Assembly (NCBI GenBank): GCA_039630055.1
Contig: JBCNVN010000007.1
Coordinates: 1-42,788 of the forward strand
Length of the DNA stretch: 42,788 bases
Direction of reading: 5' to 3'
Source: Candidatus Caldarchaeales archaeon
GTDB taxonomy: Archaea > Thermoproteota > Nitrososphaeria_A > Caldarchaeales > Wolframiiraptoraceae
In this document: in pieces, positions 1 through 9,433 of the stretch
Layout: each line of letters begins with the position of its first letter
Numbering within the stretch: position 1 is the stretch's first letter
Position numbers and translations under genes: made by a program
Notes under the pieces: model-generated
Seen by the model: the letters and a program-made list of their open reading frames with translations, nothing else
Database searches by the model: none
What the model was told of the DNA's origin: nothing

Positions 1-988
1 TTCTACCTAGCTTCTGATATATTGGTTGGGATGATATCTTAATGATCAGCTCATTAGCTCCATAACCAACTAGTGGAGCTACAGCTGGCAAAACTACTAT
101 CGCTAGACGCGGCTCATATAATCCTGGCCATAAGATTGCTGCAAAGAAAAACGGTATAGATATTAAGTGCAGAAACTTGAACCTTTCTTTATCTACTTCA
201 TTCACAATCCATAAAAGAGTAAAGATTAAAAGAAATGGTGTTAATCCATCCAGAAGATATCCCAAAACTTTTAATGGATTATAAATCACTCCCGAATACT
301 TTACTGAAAGAGATGTTGTAGTAGATAATGCTGTAAGATAATTCAAATTATAATTAATAGTCGTATAAATATTCCAAATTCCTGGAATTAAGATAGCTGT
401 TAAGATATAAGTTAACAGAATTCTTATCCTCTTTGTACTTAAGAGGTATATACAGATAGCTAAGATTGAAGCCCATATACTTTCTCTAATCAATGTAACT
501 AATCCAGAGAATAATCCAAAATAGATCCAAGATTTACTAATAGAATAATCTCGATAAAACTTCTTTACAAATAGCATAACTATGCAGAGAGATACAAGAT
601 AGCTAGAGACATCGGCCATTTTTGCAGAGCTTGTTAAAATTAGAGGGAACACGAAAGTAGAAAAATACGCCGAGTAAAATGCTATCTTTCTATCTTGAAA
701 AAGTTGATAAACATAATAAAAACAGATAAAATAGCTAACAATAAATGATATAATGTTTATGATAATTATAGTTAGCGCTGGCGAGATAGGAGTAATTAAA
801 CCTATCAATGGTAATATGGGTCTAACAGCTAGGAATAAATGCTCAGATTCGCCACTTCTTAAAGATAAAATACAATCCATTAAATCACTATTTCTATATG
901 GGTACGGATCATAGAACAATATTAAAACTATCAGGAATGGAAACAAGGAAAAGGTCAAGTCTAGGGTTCTAAAAGCTTTTTGTAGCAA
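1..988 (-). CDS. Multi-pass membrane protein, probable GT-C fold glycosyltransferase (ArnT/PMT-like); 3' end runs off the window
   Basis: Not in the ORF track. Manual translation from TTG at 988 (GGAGGT just upstream) stays open to the window edge: MLQKAFRTLDLTFSLFPFLIVLILFYDPYPYRNSDL...LVTLIRESIW...WPGLYEPRLAIVVLPAVAPLVGYG. It has many hydrophobic segments plus GT-C-like 'L.RE' and 'EPR...LP' motifs. Confidence 0.55.
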   Translation of the reverse strand, partial: MLQKAFRTLDLTFSLFPFLIVLILFYDPYPYRNSDLMDCILSLRSGESEHLFLAVRPILPLIGLITPISPALTIIIINIISFIVSYFICFYYVYQLFQDRKIAFYSAYFSTFVFPLILTSSAKMADVSSYLVSLCIVMLFVKKFYRDYSISKSWIYFGLFSGLVTLIRESIWASILAICIYLLSTKRIRILLTYILTAILIPGIWNIYTTINYNLNYLTALSTTTSLSVKYSGVIYNPLKVLGYLLDGLTPFLLIFTLLWIVNEVDKERFKFLHLISIPFFFAAILWPGLYEPRLAIVVLPAVAPLVGYGANELIIKISSQPIYQKLGR

Positions 989-1479
989 ACCTTACAACCT
1001 CCAACCATTCTACTAATGGAGAAGCATAATAAAAGAAGATATAAGAATTGTTCTCCTTTTAACTGATAGTCCTCCAAATGTTAAAATCAAGATTAAAGTA
1101 ACTTTTTCGAATATTATTTTAATTACTTCACTGAGTTATTTCTCTAGCTTCAAAAAATTATATTCAGTTAATTTTCTAAGTTTTACCCTTAGATCTATTG
1201 AATCTAACTAGACATGTTCATATATTAGAATATAATTTAAAGAGGTCATAAAAATTGTTTCAAAAGGTCTTGAAACAGTATCTATTTAATGAGACTTTCA
1301 AGAAATCTTTTAGTTCATGATACAGTGATAAACTTGACCAGTCCTGATTCCTGTAAACAGAACACATTGAATATATAGGAGCATTTTAGAGAGTAATGAG
1401 TAATATGATAGTTATCATACCGTAGTTTAGAAAGAATATGTTCTCGATATCTTAAATAACTCTAGCGACTTAGTCTTCT

Positions 1480-1780
1480 TAACCTAGTATCTTCTTCATC
1501 TTAAACATTCAATCGTATATCCATCGTCTCGCATTCTTCATATACTTCAGAATGGATCCATGATGCATATATCATCTTAACAATTTTTCCATTCAGCAAC
1601 TTTAGCTCATGATCTTATATCCTCTCTATTTTTCTCTTAAGAAGTCTTGTATGTTTCTGGAGCAAGCCTAGCCCTCATATCGCCAACCATAGTCATAGAC
1701 TCACTAGAGCTATGAATATTTAACTTAATGATAGCAATACCTAAACTCTTTATCTTCTCTCAACATACTCAAAATATCTT
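1480..1780 (-). pseudogene. Decayed paREP/DUF3782-like (coiled-coil + PD-(D/E)XK-like) gene remnant
   Basis: Fragments broken by stops and frameshifts: 'ILSMLREDKEFRY' (typical N-terminal LREDxEFRY motif), 'MVGDMRARLAPETY' and 'LKLLNGKIVKMIYASWIHSEVYEECETMDIRL'. Confidence 0.45.
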
Positions 1781-1891
1781 TCTAATACTAAAACTATTTA
1801 TTGAATTCATTAAAATATGGTTTCAGCTAGCTCATATACATCTAGAATGCAGGTGAAGATGATCGAAATACATTTCATTTACCATGAGGTT

Positions 1892-2353
1892 CTATCTTTT
1901 GATCTCTCTTATTCTAAGTTTTATCTCAGCTATCTTAGATAAATCCCATCTTCCATACTTATTTACTATAATATACCTAGATTTGCTTAAAGCTTTCAGC
2001 ATCTCAAGAATCTTTTCTTCTACAACGTTACTATTATCATATATTATCTGGTAGCCTAATGTAAGTCCTGATAAAAAGCCTCCGATCCTTAAGTTTTCAT
2101 CAAATTGTTTAAGATCTAGAATATGAACATCAAAGACGATCTCGTAATTAAATAATTTATTTAACAAAATTTTTGTTCTCTCTTCTAAATCTAGCTTTTC
2201 GTTTAAACCCTCTAAATGATCGACTATTATTAAGAGGTCTTTATCTTCACCTCGACCAATATAAATACTACTACCAAATAAGATGATAGCTATAAGTCTA
2301 CTACCTAGAAAATCTTTCAGTACTTTACTAATCTTCAACTCTAACTCCTTCAT
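1892..2353 (-). CDS. Minimal nucleotidyltransferase (MNT), antitoxin-like partner of HEPN
   Basis: IILFGSS...EDKDLLII (GS..DxD) motif; overlaps the HEPN gene by 26 bp. Confidence 0.85.
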   Translation of the reverse strand: MKELELKISKVLKDFLGSRLIAIILFGSSIYIGRGEDKDLLIIVDHLEGLNEKLDLEERTKILLNKLFNYEIVFDVHILDLKQFDENLRIGGFLSGLTLGYQIIYDNSNVVEEKILEMLKALSKSRYIIVNKYGRWDLSKIAEIKLRIREIKR

Positions 2354-2768
2354 CTTCTAGATACCTCCTAGATTCTCTAAATGCTTCTTCTGCAAGCTTA
2401 ATCGCTTTTTCAGCCTTCTCTCTAGTAACATACTGGCTTGGCTCAACAACTTTTTCGTTGATTATAAATGGATATCTACTTCTCGTATAGTACTCTTGAA
2501 GTTTCTCCAAAGCTTCAAGAATCTTATCAAATTCTATCCTCCAATCTTCTTGGAAGGTTTTCAAGAAGAAGCTTGTTAATTTGGGGCCATGGTTGTAAAC
2601 ATACTCGCCTTTAACTTCAAGCATAGCCTTAACAGCTTTCTCAACGCATTGCTGAGAGAAGAATATAGAGCCAGCATAATCTTCTGCTTCAAACATTCTT
2701 TCAGCTCTCTTGAGATCTCTTAAAGCTTCCTTAAGATAACTTTTAGCAAACTCTTTAAATAAGCTCAT
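2328..2768 (-). CDS. HEPN domain protein (HEPN/MNT toxin-antitoxin-like module)
   Basis: A.RDL..A, SQQCVEKAVKAML, H, YTRSRYP and EKAEKAIKLAEE signatures of archaeal HEPN proteins. Confidence 0.88.
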   Translation of the reverse strand: MSLFKEFAKSYLKEALRDLKRAERMFEAEDYAGSIFFSQQCVEKAVKAMLEVKGEYVYNHGPKLTSFFLKTFQEDWRIEFDKILEALEKLQEYYTRSRYPFIINEKVVEPSQYVTREKAEKAIKLAEEAFRESRRYLEDEGVRVED

Positions 2769-2772
2769 CCAT

Positions 2773-3191
2773 CTTCTCAGATAATATCTTGTAAGACATA
2801 GTTTTTATAGTTTCACATGAATCTTTGAATGATTGATGAAGATTCATATTACATGGAGATACTGTTTGTATCTTATTTTTCTCAGCTATCTTATTATAAG
2901 ATAAGTGTAAAAATAAATGAGTTTGTAGTCCTTAACATTTATAATCTCCTCACCTCTTCAAATCTTGAAATCATTCTTCAATGTCAGATTAATAGATTTT
3001 TAGATTTAATCTAGCATATTATTGTCTTCTCTATACAACACTTCTCTCATTTTATAGGCTAGATTCAACTCGTTCTCCACCTACTACCAGCACTCCTCAC
3101 CAAAGTTACATTGCATCTTTACCTTTATGCTCTTAAATCCAGCATAAGACAACGACTTCAGCCAACCTTCTCAGATAATATTTTGTAAGAC
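2773..3191. repeat. 25-bp direct repeat pair (2773-2797 and 3167-3191; 24/25 identical)
   Basis: CTTCTCAGATAATATCTTGTAAGAC versus CTTCTCAGATAATATTTTGTAAGAC. Confidence 0.85.
2802..2814 (-). promoter_or_regulatory. Putative BRE/TATA promoter of the HEPN-MNT operon
   Basis: Minus-strand GAAACTATAAAAA about 35-45 nt upstream of the HEPN ATG. Confidence 0.45.
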
Positions 3192-3238
3192 TCTATTTCT
3201 AAATCTTTGAAAACTGGATAATGAATGATTCAGATATT

Positions 3239-3499
3239 TTAGAATATTCCTAGTTTTATTGCTAGTTCAGATGCTGGCGTCTCTGGTGAGAGTTTTACGT
3301 ATGCTTTCTTCTCTCCAAGAGGTGTAATCAGAGTATTTACCTTGACAACCTTGACATCATATAGTTCTTCAACCGCTCTCTTTACATCTTTCTTACTCGC
3401 TCTAACATCTACTATGAATGTAATCTTGTTCTCTTTCTCTATTAGTGAGACCGCATCCTGGGTTACCACGACCCTTCTAATTACCTGTGAAGGCTTCAC
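3239..3499 (-). CDS. rpl23: 50S ribosomal protein uL23
   Basis: [37 protein letters not shown] motifs; follows rpl4. Confidence 0.97.
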   Translation of the reverse strand: MKPSQVIRRVVVTQDAVSLIEKENKITFIVDVRASKKDVKRAVEELYDVKVVKVNTLITPLGEKKAYVKLSPETPASELAIKLGIF

Positions 3500-4329
3500 T
3501 CTAAATCACCTAAAAGTACTTCATCAAGCTTCTTAAAAGCATCCTTACTATAGATTGTTAGTCTTCCGGGCTTAGCTCCAGGGGCAAGATGTAGTATGCT
3601 CAAATCTTTAACTCTGACTACATCTACCCCTCGAATGTTATCTGCAGCACTAGTTATTCCTTGGTCTTCCGAGATTACTATCAGTGGTCCAACCCTACTC
3701 TTATATCTCCTACCTCTCATCTTACCTTTACCAGCTCTAATCTTCCTCTCTCTACATCTTTCTAACTCTTCTTCTAAACCGATCTTTTCTAAGAACTCTA
3801 TAAGATCTCTCGTTCTAGCGATACTCTCTATCCTACTATCTACTACAATCGGTAGAACAATGTTCTCTGGAATCCTATGTCCTCTACTTATAACATAATC
3901 TCTTAAACCAGTGTATGCAACGCCGACTATAAGAGCGATCTTCTTCTCTTTCTTATTCAAATTCTTATAGATCTTCTTCTCGACTGTAGGTGGATGGGTT
4001 GGTCTTCCTCCTACAGCTGACGGAACCATCCCACCTGACTGAGCCTTACCTGTTCCAGAAGCCTTTATCCTCGAGATCCTCGCCATACCATATCCTGTAC
4101 CCCACGACTCTACAGAGTATTTATGTCCAGAGCCTCTTGAGGTACCCTTAGGCTGTAATCTATGGGTTTGAAGATAGATGTATGCTCTCCATACTAGATC
4201 TTCTCTAAGAGGTGCGTAGAAGACTCTTGGAAGAACTTCTTCACCTACCGTAGAACCATCGATCCCTATCACCGGAATCTTCTTCTCAAGATTCTCAAAA
4301 GTCTTTAAAAAATTGATGTATAAGCTCAT
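3496..4329 (-). CDS. rpl4: 50S ribosomal protein uL4
   Basis: [46 protein letters not shown]. Confidence 0.97.
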   Translation of the reverse strand: MSLYINFLKTFENLEKKIPVIGIDGSTVGEEVLPRVFYAPLREDLVWRAYIYLQTHRLQPKGTSRGSGHKYSVESWGTGYGMARISRIKASGTGKAQSGGMVPSAVGGRPTHPPTVEKKIYKNLNKKEKKIALIVGVAYTGLRDYVISRGHRIPENIVLPIVVDSRIESIARTRDLIEFLEKIGLEEELERCRERKIRAGKGKMRGRRYKSRVGPLIVISEDQGITSAADNIRGVDVVRVKDLSILHLAPGAKPGRLTIYSKDAFKKLDEVLLGDLE

Positions 4330-5306
4330 CTAGCTACACCAACCATTATTACCTCTGGAGGCTCAACCTCTCTCGGAGGCCTAGCTGGAAACCTTAATAC
4401 TATAGGCCTCTTGGGAGCCCCTGGGACGCTCCCCTCAACTATCGCCACATCTGACTTAACTATTCCATAGTGAGGGAAACCTCCCTTGGGAGTATATTCT
4501 AAACCATTCTCTGAAATTATTAGTAATCTCTTATTGAATTCTGTTCTACGATGGTATCCGAGTTGACCCGCTCTTGGAACAGTATAGGTTACATAGGCTG
4601 GGCTTCTACCACCTATCGCTCCAACCTCTCTTCTAGTCTTCCTCTTCTTCCTCGGCTGTATCTTTATCCTATATCTTCCTACAACTCCCTCGAAACCCTT
4701 ACCCTTAGAAACACTTATAACATCGATGAACTGTCCCACCTCGAAGACTTCAGAGATCTTTACTTCTTTTCCAAGCTTACTTGAAGCATATTCTAATGCT
4801 TTAGATATGGGTCCTCCTACCTTGATCTCAAGTAGATCTACCTTCTTCTTAGATAATCCTGCAAGCTTCGGTCTAGCTAAAGCTATGATCCGAACCTCTT
4901 TCAGTTGGTCGACAGCTTTATTCAGTTCTTCCAGTTTACCGCCCGGCCTCCAAGTAGGAATCCTCCTCTTAATCTCTTCAGGAATATTACTACTCCAGAC
5001 TCTTGTAAATTCTTTTAAAGCCTTATTCTCTTCCACATAACCAACTATGCCAGCTACAATTATTGGAGGTGTAGCGATAACTGTGCCCATCTTCATTACT
5101 TCGAGACCTTGAGTTGGAGAATTCGGTGTTTTATCAACGTAGTAGACTGTCGTATTTCCAGCTTTATAACCTAGGAATCCGAGGAGTCTAGGCTCACCAT
5201 CACCATCTGGCCAGTACTTTACTCTGGGAAGAATACGGCTAGCCCTTCCCCTAGGTAGATATGCTAATGAACCCCTCCTAGGAGCAGATTGTTTTCTATG
5301 ACCCAT
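4326..5306 (-). CDS. rpl3: 50S ribosomal protein uL3
   Basis: PRRGSLAYLPR, GYKAG, SKGKGFEGVV, PRAGQLGYHRRTEFNK, GSVPG. Confidence 0.97.
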   Translation of the reverse strand: MGHRKQSAPRRGSLAYLPRGRASRILPRVKYWPDGDGEPRLLGFLGYKAGNTTVYYVDKTPNSPTQGLEVMKMGTVIATPPIIVAGIVGYVEENKALKEFTRVWSSNIPEEIKRRIPTWRPGGKLEELNKAVDQLKEVRIIALARPKLAGLSKKKVDLLEIKVGGPISKALEYASSKLGKEVKISEVFEVGQFIDVISVSKGKGFEGVVGRYRIKIQPRKKRKTRREVGAIGGRSPAYVTYTVPRAGQLGYHRRTEFNKRLLIISENGLEYTPKGGFPHYGIVKSDVAIVEGSVPGAPKRPIVLRFPARPPREVEPPEVIMVGVAR

Positions 5307-5579
5307 AAACCCTCTTCTAAACCATCCATCAATAAGTCTACAATAAAAATATATCTACAGAGATATCCGAATACAAGAATCTAGATATGTGGTCTTAAAA
5401 ATAACTCTAAATCTAGAAGATGAAGGAATCGAGAGTAATATTTAATGTTGCTATTCTAGGTGTAGAAGAGAAGTAATATTATCGACAAGGATGGATAGAA
5501 TAGTCTAAAATATTGTAGTTGAAAAATATGAGAATAGATTGAAGGGACTGGTAGAGTAATCTCTCTAAGTCTAGACGTC

Positions 5580-5770
5580 TTAGATGTCTTCTCGAAGGAT
5601 TGACGATCAAGATCCAATCCATGATGATTTAGTGTTAGGTCTTTAAGTCTATGAAGTAGAGATAGATGAGGTTAAAGAAAGCCTATAGAAAGAGCTAAAC
5701 ATAGCTTTAGATATACCTATCTTAAAATATGCTCTTTCAAAGTTCATGTAAAAGCATTGAAAGATCGGTA
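5580..5770 (+). pseudogene. Possible decayed nucleotidyltransferase (MNT-like) remnant
   Basis: Stop-interrupted frame 'VYEVEIDEVKESL*KELNIALDIPILKYALSKFM' resembles the MNT C-terminal 'ELGIPVDIV.L..AP' region; weak match. Confidence 0.25.
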
Positions 5771-5965
5771 TCCTGCAGTATAAAAGATTCCTAGGCCAAG
5801 GCTCTTATCAATCGGGATATATGTGAAGGTTTGGAGAGATTATTTAGACCATGGGAGATCAATCTTATCCAAAAAATCTAATTCAATATTCCTCAAAGAA
5901 TCTATAAAGGCTAATGGGGAAGAGCTTTACTCTATTCTCAACAGTTTAAATCATCGTAAAAGTTT

Positions 5966-6478
5966 TCATCTACCTATCTCTTCTGTTAAAGCTTCCAGCA
6001 GTTGTATAGGTTTCCATTCTTCTTTAATGACATCTAAGACTATATATGTGATAGTCCGCTCAACATACTCATTCGAGAGAAGGGTTTTGATGAATCGGCT
6101 CAATTCTTCTCTATTCTTAAATCTTGCAAGTATTATTGAATCTGATTCTCCTGTTACATCATATACTCCGAAGACGTTTGGAGAAGATGCTATCGTCTTC
6201 TGAACTTCTATCAGTTTTCCATGTCTTATCCTAACATGGATTATGGCTGAGAGGTCGTACCCCAGCTTAGATGGATCGATTACGACAGTATACCCCTTGA
6301 TTACACCGTTCTTCTTCAATCCTTCTATCCTCGAGACTACCGTAGAGACAGATGCACCCGTCTTCTCAGCTATCTTTCTAAAACTTGCTCTACCATTTCT
6401 AGCCAGCTCAATCAGTATCTTGTAGTCCAGTTCATCAAGCATGCGATGATTCTGAGACATAACTCTTTCTATCTCCAC
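5966..6478 (-). CDS. Lrp/AsnC family transcriptional regulator
   Basis: LDELDYKIL..L..NGR HTH, GVIKGYT..ID..KLGY and VYDVTGESD RAM domain. Confidence 0.95.
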   Translation of the reverse strand: MEIERVMSQNHRMLDELDYKILIELARNGRASFRKIAEKTGASVSTVVSRIEGLKKNGVIKGYTVVIDPSKLGYDLSAIIHVRIRHGKLIEVQKTIASSPNVFGVYDVTGESDSIILARFKNREELSRFIKTLLSNEYVERTITYIVLDVIKEEWKPIQLLEALTEEIGR

Positions 6479-6793
6479 TTAATAATATTACCTAAATGAT
6501 AAATAAATACATCGTACTCATCAAGTAGACATCGTTCATACTTGAAAGGTCTGGAAGTTAGAGATTAAAGGAACTTATCTAGATGACTCACCATCTATGG
6601 AGAAATGGAAAATTTGATCGAATAAGGTAAGTGAAAAAGACTTTATTATCGATTTTCTATAAGCTTGACTAGATAAATTCTGCTGGTCACCACTACCTTG
6701 GTTTTTAGGCTAAAGCCTCAACTATTGAGATTACCTATCTGGATATGCTCCAAATAAAAAGTAACCTCTTCTTGATGTTAAACTCCTCAGATA

Positions 6794-6807
6794 GGAAGCT
6801 TTATATT
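6794..6807 (+). promoter_or_regulatory. Putative BRE/TATA promoter for a near-leaderless transcript of 6837..7211
   Basis: GGAAGC-TTTATATT about 30 nt upstream of the ATG at 6837. Confidence 0.45.
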
Positions 6808-6836
6808 TCGGCCACCTCATCTTTATCCGATTCTAT

Positions 6837-7211
6837 ATGATTGGATATGGTGTTCCCCCTGAAGCTGAGACTATTAAATCCCTACTAAATATCTCGTCTA
6901 TAATTGCATTGATCTTTGGAATAATATTGATTGTTATAGGAGCTTTTACATTGATATTCTTCATAGGTTTGGTACTGATAGTCTTCGGGGTCTTTGACTT
7001 GATAATCTACATGAACATTAAATCGATCATAAGGTTGATAGATGAAGGAAGGTATCAAGAAGCGAAGAGCCGAACCCTGACATGGATGGTGATAGGCTTC
7101 ATATTAGGCGGAATAATAATAGGGCTTCTCCTACTTTTTGCATATCTTAAATATGATGAATTGATCAGATCTGCTGGACCTCCTCCACCACCGCCACCTC
7201 CCCCACCATAA
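6837..7211 (+). CDS. Small membrane protein with C-terminal poly-proline tail
   Basis: Three to four hydrophobic helices, a 'I..GRYQEAK' loop and 10 terminal prolines in mixed codons. Confidence 0.8.
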   Translation: MIGYGVPPEAETIKSLLNISSIIALIFGIILIVIGAFTLIFFIGLVLIVFGVFDLIIYMNIKSIIRLIDEGRYQEAKSRTLTWMVIGFILGGIIIGLLLLFAYLKYDELIRSAGPPPPPPPPPP

Positions 7212-7362
7212 ACTCAACCTTCTTTATCTTAGACTATTAGGATCCCGATTCCACGAATAAGAAGCAGTACAATCCATCCTTACACACTTATACTATGCCA
7301 AGATCACTCTTTATAATTCATCTAACGTACTAGATAGACAAATATTTTTATCTTCTTATAGA

Positions 7363-7857
7363 GTGATTCTATACATGGTTTTAAAGATCTCTGAGATAAC
7401 TAGTGAGATTGTAGATCTTATATCTAGAGATAATGTAGTAGGCTTAGCAACACATAGACATCTACCACATGAAAAGGCGATATATGTAAGGCATGGGAGA
7501 TGTGGTTTCGCAGTAGATCTGATGGTTGAAGAAACTGGATCGAGAAACCTATACTCAATACTTGTAAATGCTGAGGCTAAGCCTAAGAAGAAGATAGTGG
7601 AGAACTGGATGGAGCAAGGTGGAAGAATAGTATACTATCTAACGGTAAAGACTGATAAAGGATTCAAAATCAAGAAAAAGTTCTCAACTTATAAGAATGG
7701 AGAAGAACTATTTAAACAGGTTGAAGAAGTCAGGCAGGCATTCTATAGAAAATATAGAGAGTTGAAGATGAAGCGTGAAGTAGAACCTGTGAAGGTTGAA
7801 GAAGAAGTATTCCACATGGTTGGAATAGAGGAGAGAGACCTATTCTTAGGAGTTTAA
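7363..7857 (+). CDS. Hypothetical protein
   Basis: 164-aa ORF with host-like codon usage and an HRHLPHE motif; no family recognised. Confidence 0.75.
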   Translation: MILYMVLKISEITSEIVDLISRDNVVGLATHRHLPHEKAIYVRHGRCGFAVDLMVEETGSRNLYSILVNAEAKPKKKIVENWMEQGGRIVYYLTVKTDKGFKIKKKFSTYKNGEELFKQVEEVRQAFYRKYRELKMKREVEPVKVEEEVFHMVGIEERDLFLGV

Positions 7858-7952
7858 AATAATCTATACATAGGAGAGAGCGAAGATATAATTGAAGGTT
7901 ACAGGGCTTAACCATAAATAAATAAAACCCAATACGATAATCAATAGAATGG

Positions 7953-9224
7953 ATGAGTTTAGAGCCGAGTTTATTCTACCTATTTATTGGTAGAGAGAGA
8001 AAGTTGGAGGAGGAGTTGAGCAGAGTATATGAAAGGTTAAGATTATTCAGGTTAAAAGATTATAGAGAAGTGGTAATAGAGTGGGGAGATGGTTTAAACC
8101 TATACTTGGCTTCATCTCCTACAAGCTGTATGATGGTAGAAGATAAAAAGGTCTTCTACATAGATTGTTATCCTATCGAGCTTTCAAACCTATTCCAAAA
8201 TATTCTATTTAACTCTTCAGTTAAAGTCTTCTCAATGGTCTTAGATAATCTAGATGGATTCTTCTCAGGTTTCATAATAGATAAAGATAGAGTATTGTTC
8301 TTTAGAGATCATGTAGGAGCAATACCTATTATACTAAAGATAGATGATAGATGCTTAACATCTTCATCTTTCTCATCGGTGATAGGGGGTGGAGAACATA
8401 TTCCACCAGGCAGAATAGTAGAGTGGAAGGATAATTCATTAAAGGTCTACAGATGGTATAATCGTAAATTATCTTTCAAAGATTATATTAGAGATCTTTC
8501 AGATATATTGCCTCACTCAACTTCTAAATATATTCTAGAAGATTCTACTATAGCTTTCTCTGGAGGTTTAGACAGTATCCTCCTAGCATATTCTGCTTTA
8601 AAGATTGGTAGAAAGTTTACTTGTATAACGGTTGGGACACCGGATTCAGTAGACTTAGAGTGGGCGGAAGAAGCAGCATCAATGCTGGGTATAAAATTGA
8701 AGAAGATAACCTTGAATAGAAGTTTAGTTGAGGAGTTAGTCAATTTCCTTTCTCCACATCTTCTAAAACCTTCTCTTATGGATCTATCTCTTGCATCAAT
8801 ATTCTACATAGTTGCATTAAATAGTCTTGGTGACCTAGTTGTATCAGGTCAAGGTGCAGATGAATTATTTGGAGGATACTATAAGTATCTTAAAATGGCT
8901 TCCCAGAAAGGGTTGAGATATGTAGAAGGATGTATGATGAGAGACCTGTTAATGCTTCATAAGACGAATATTGAGAGGGATTATCTAGCATGTACACTGG
9001 CTGGTAAGAGGTTCATTACACCATATTTATCTAGACATTTGTATGATTTAGCTACATCTATACCGATAGAATCAAAACTAATTGAAGAAGGTAAAATTAT
9101 TAGGAAACTCGTCTTGAAGAAGGTTGCGAGATCGATGGGTGTTCCAGAGAAGCTAGTTGAAAGACCTAAGAAAGCAGCACAATATAGTTCAGGAGTACTC
9201 AAATTATTGAGAAGAATCTCTTAA
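7953..9224 (+). CDS. Asparagine synthetase B-like ATP pyrophosphatase with degenerate glutamine amidotransferase domain
   Basis: FSGGLDS, SGQGADELFGGY, RKLVLK, RPKKAAQY and RD.VG..P motifs; no N-terminal Cys. Confidence 0.85.
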   Translation: MSLEPSLFYLFIGRERKLEEELSRVYERLRLFRLKDYREVVIEWGDGLNLYLASSPTSCMMVEDKKVFYIDCYPIELSNLFQNILFNSSVKVFSMVLDNLDGFFSGFIIDKDRVLFFRDHVGAIPIILKIDDRCLTSSSFSSVIGGGEHIPPGRIVEWKDNSLKVYRWYNRKLSFKDYIRDLSDILPHSTSKYILEDSTIAFSGGLDSILLAYSALKIGRKFTCITVGTPDSVDLEWAEEAASMLGIKLKKITLNRSLVEELVNFLSPHLLKPSLMDLSLASIFYIVALNSLGDLVVSGQGADELFGGYYKYLKMASQKGLRYVEGCMMRDLLMLHKTNIERDYLACTLAGKRFITPYLSRHLYDLATSIPIESKLIEEGKIIRKLVLKKVARSMGVPEKLVERPKKAAQYSSGVLKLLRRIS

Positions 9225-9239
9225 CAAAACACTTTAAAT

Positions 9240-9433
9240 AAATTATAGAGGGCCGGGTTATCGATTGATGATCAGATGGGTAAAAGAGTCCATGAATTGT
9301 ATTAACCTTTTTGTTCCCTTAAAATTATGGAGGGCCTATCATTGATGGTCATACATATTATTGGTCGATGTATCTTTTAAGACCAAGAGTATAAAATCTT
9401 CCTAGCCAATTCTAAGACCCTCATCATAATTTT
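9240..9433. repeat. Imperfect direct repeat pair plus inverted partial copy in intergenic DNA
   Basis: 9240-9274 AAATTATAGAGGGCCgggtTATCgATTGATGATCA versus 9322-9351 AAATTATGGAGGGCCTATCATTGATGGTCA. The reverse complement of 9416-9433 reads AAAATTATGATGAGGGTC. Confidence 0.6.

Noticed and set aside
2829-3014. 61-aa ORF between the 25-bp repeats
   Set aside because: Low-complexity AT-rich translation, no motif, and opposite to the local gene orientation.
3342-6425. Short plus-strand ORFs over rpl23/rpl4/rpl3 and lrp
   Set aside because: Antisense shadows of well-supported genes. The same applies to the other short opposite-strand ORFs across the window.
6650-6790. Possible second MNT remnant on the minus strand (LFGAY..., VVVT)
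   Set aside because: The match is only a few residues in mixed frames and cannot be distinguished from chance.
9240-9351. CRISPR mini-array or C/D box sRNA
   Set aside because: Only two gapped copies, no cas genes, and no CTGA D-box paired with the TGATGA.
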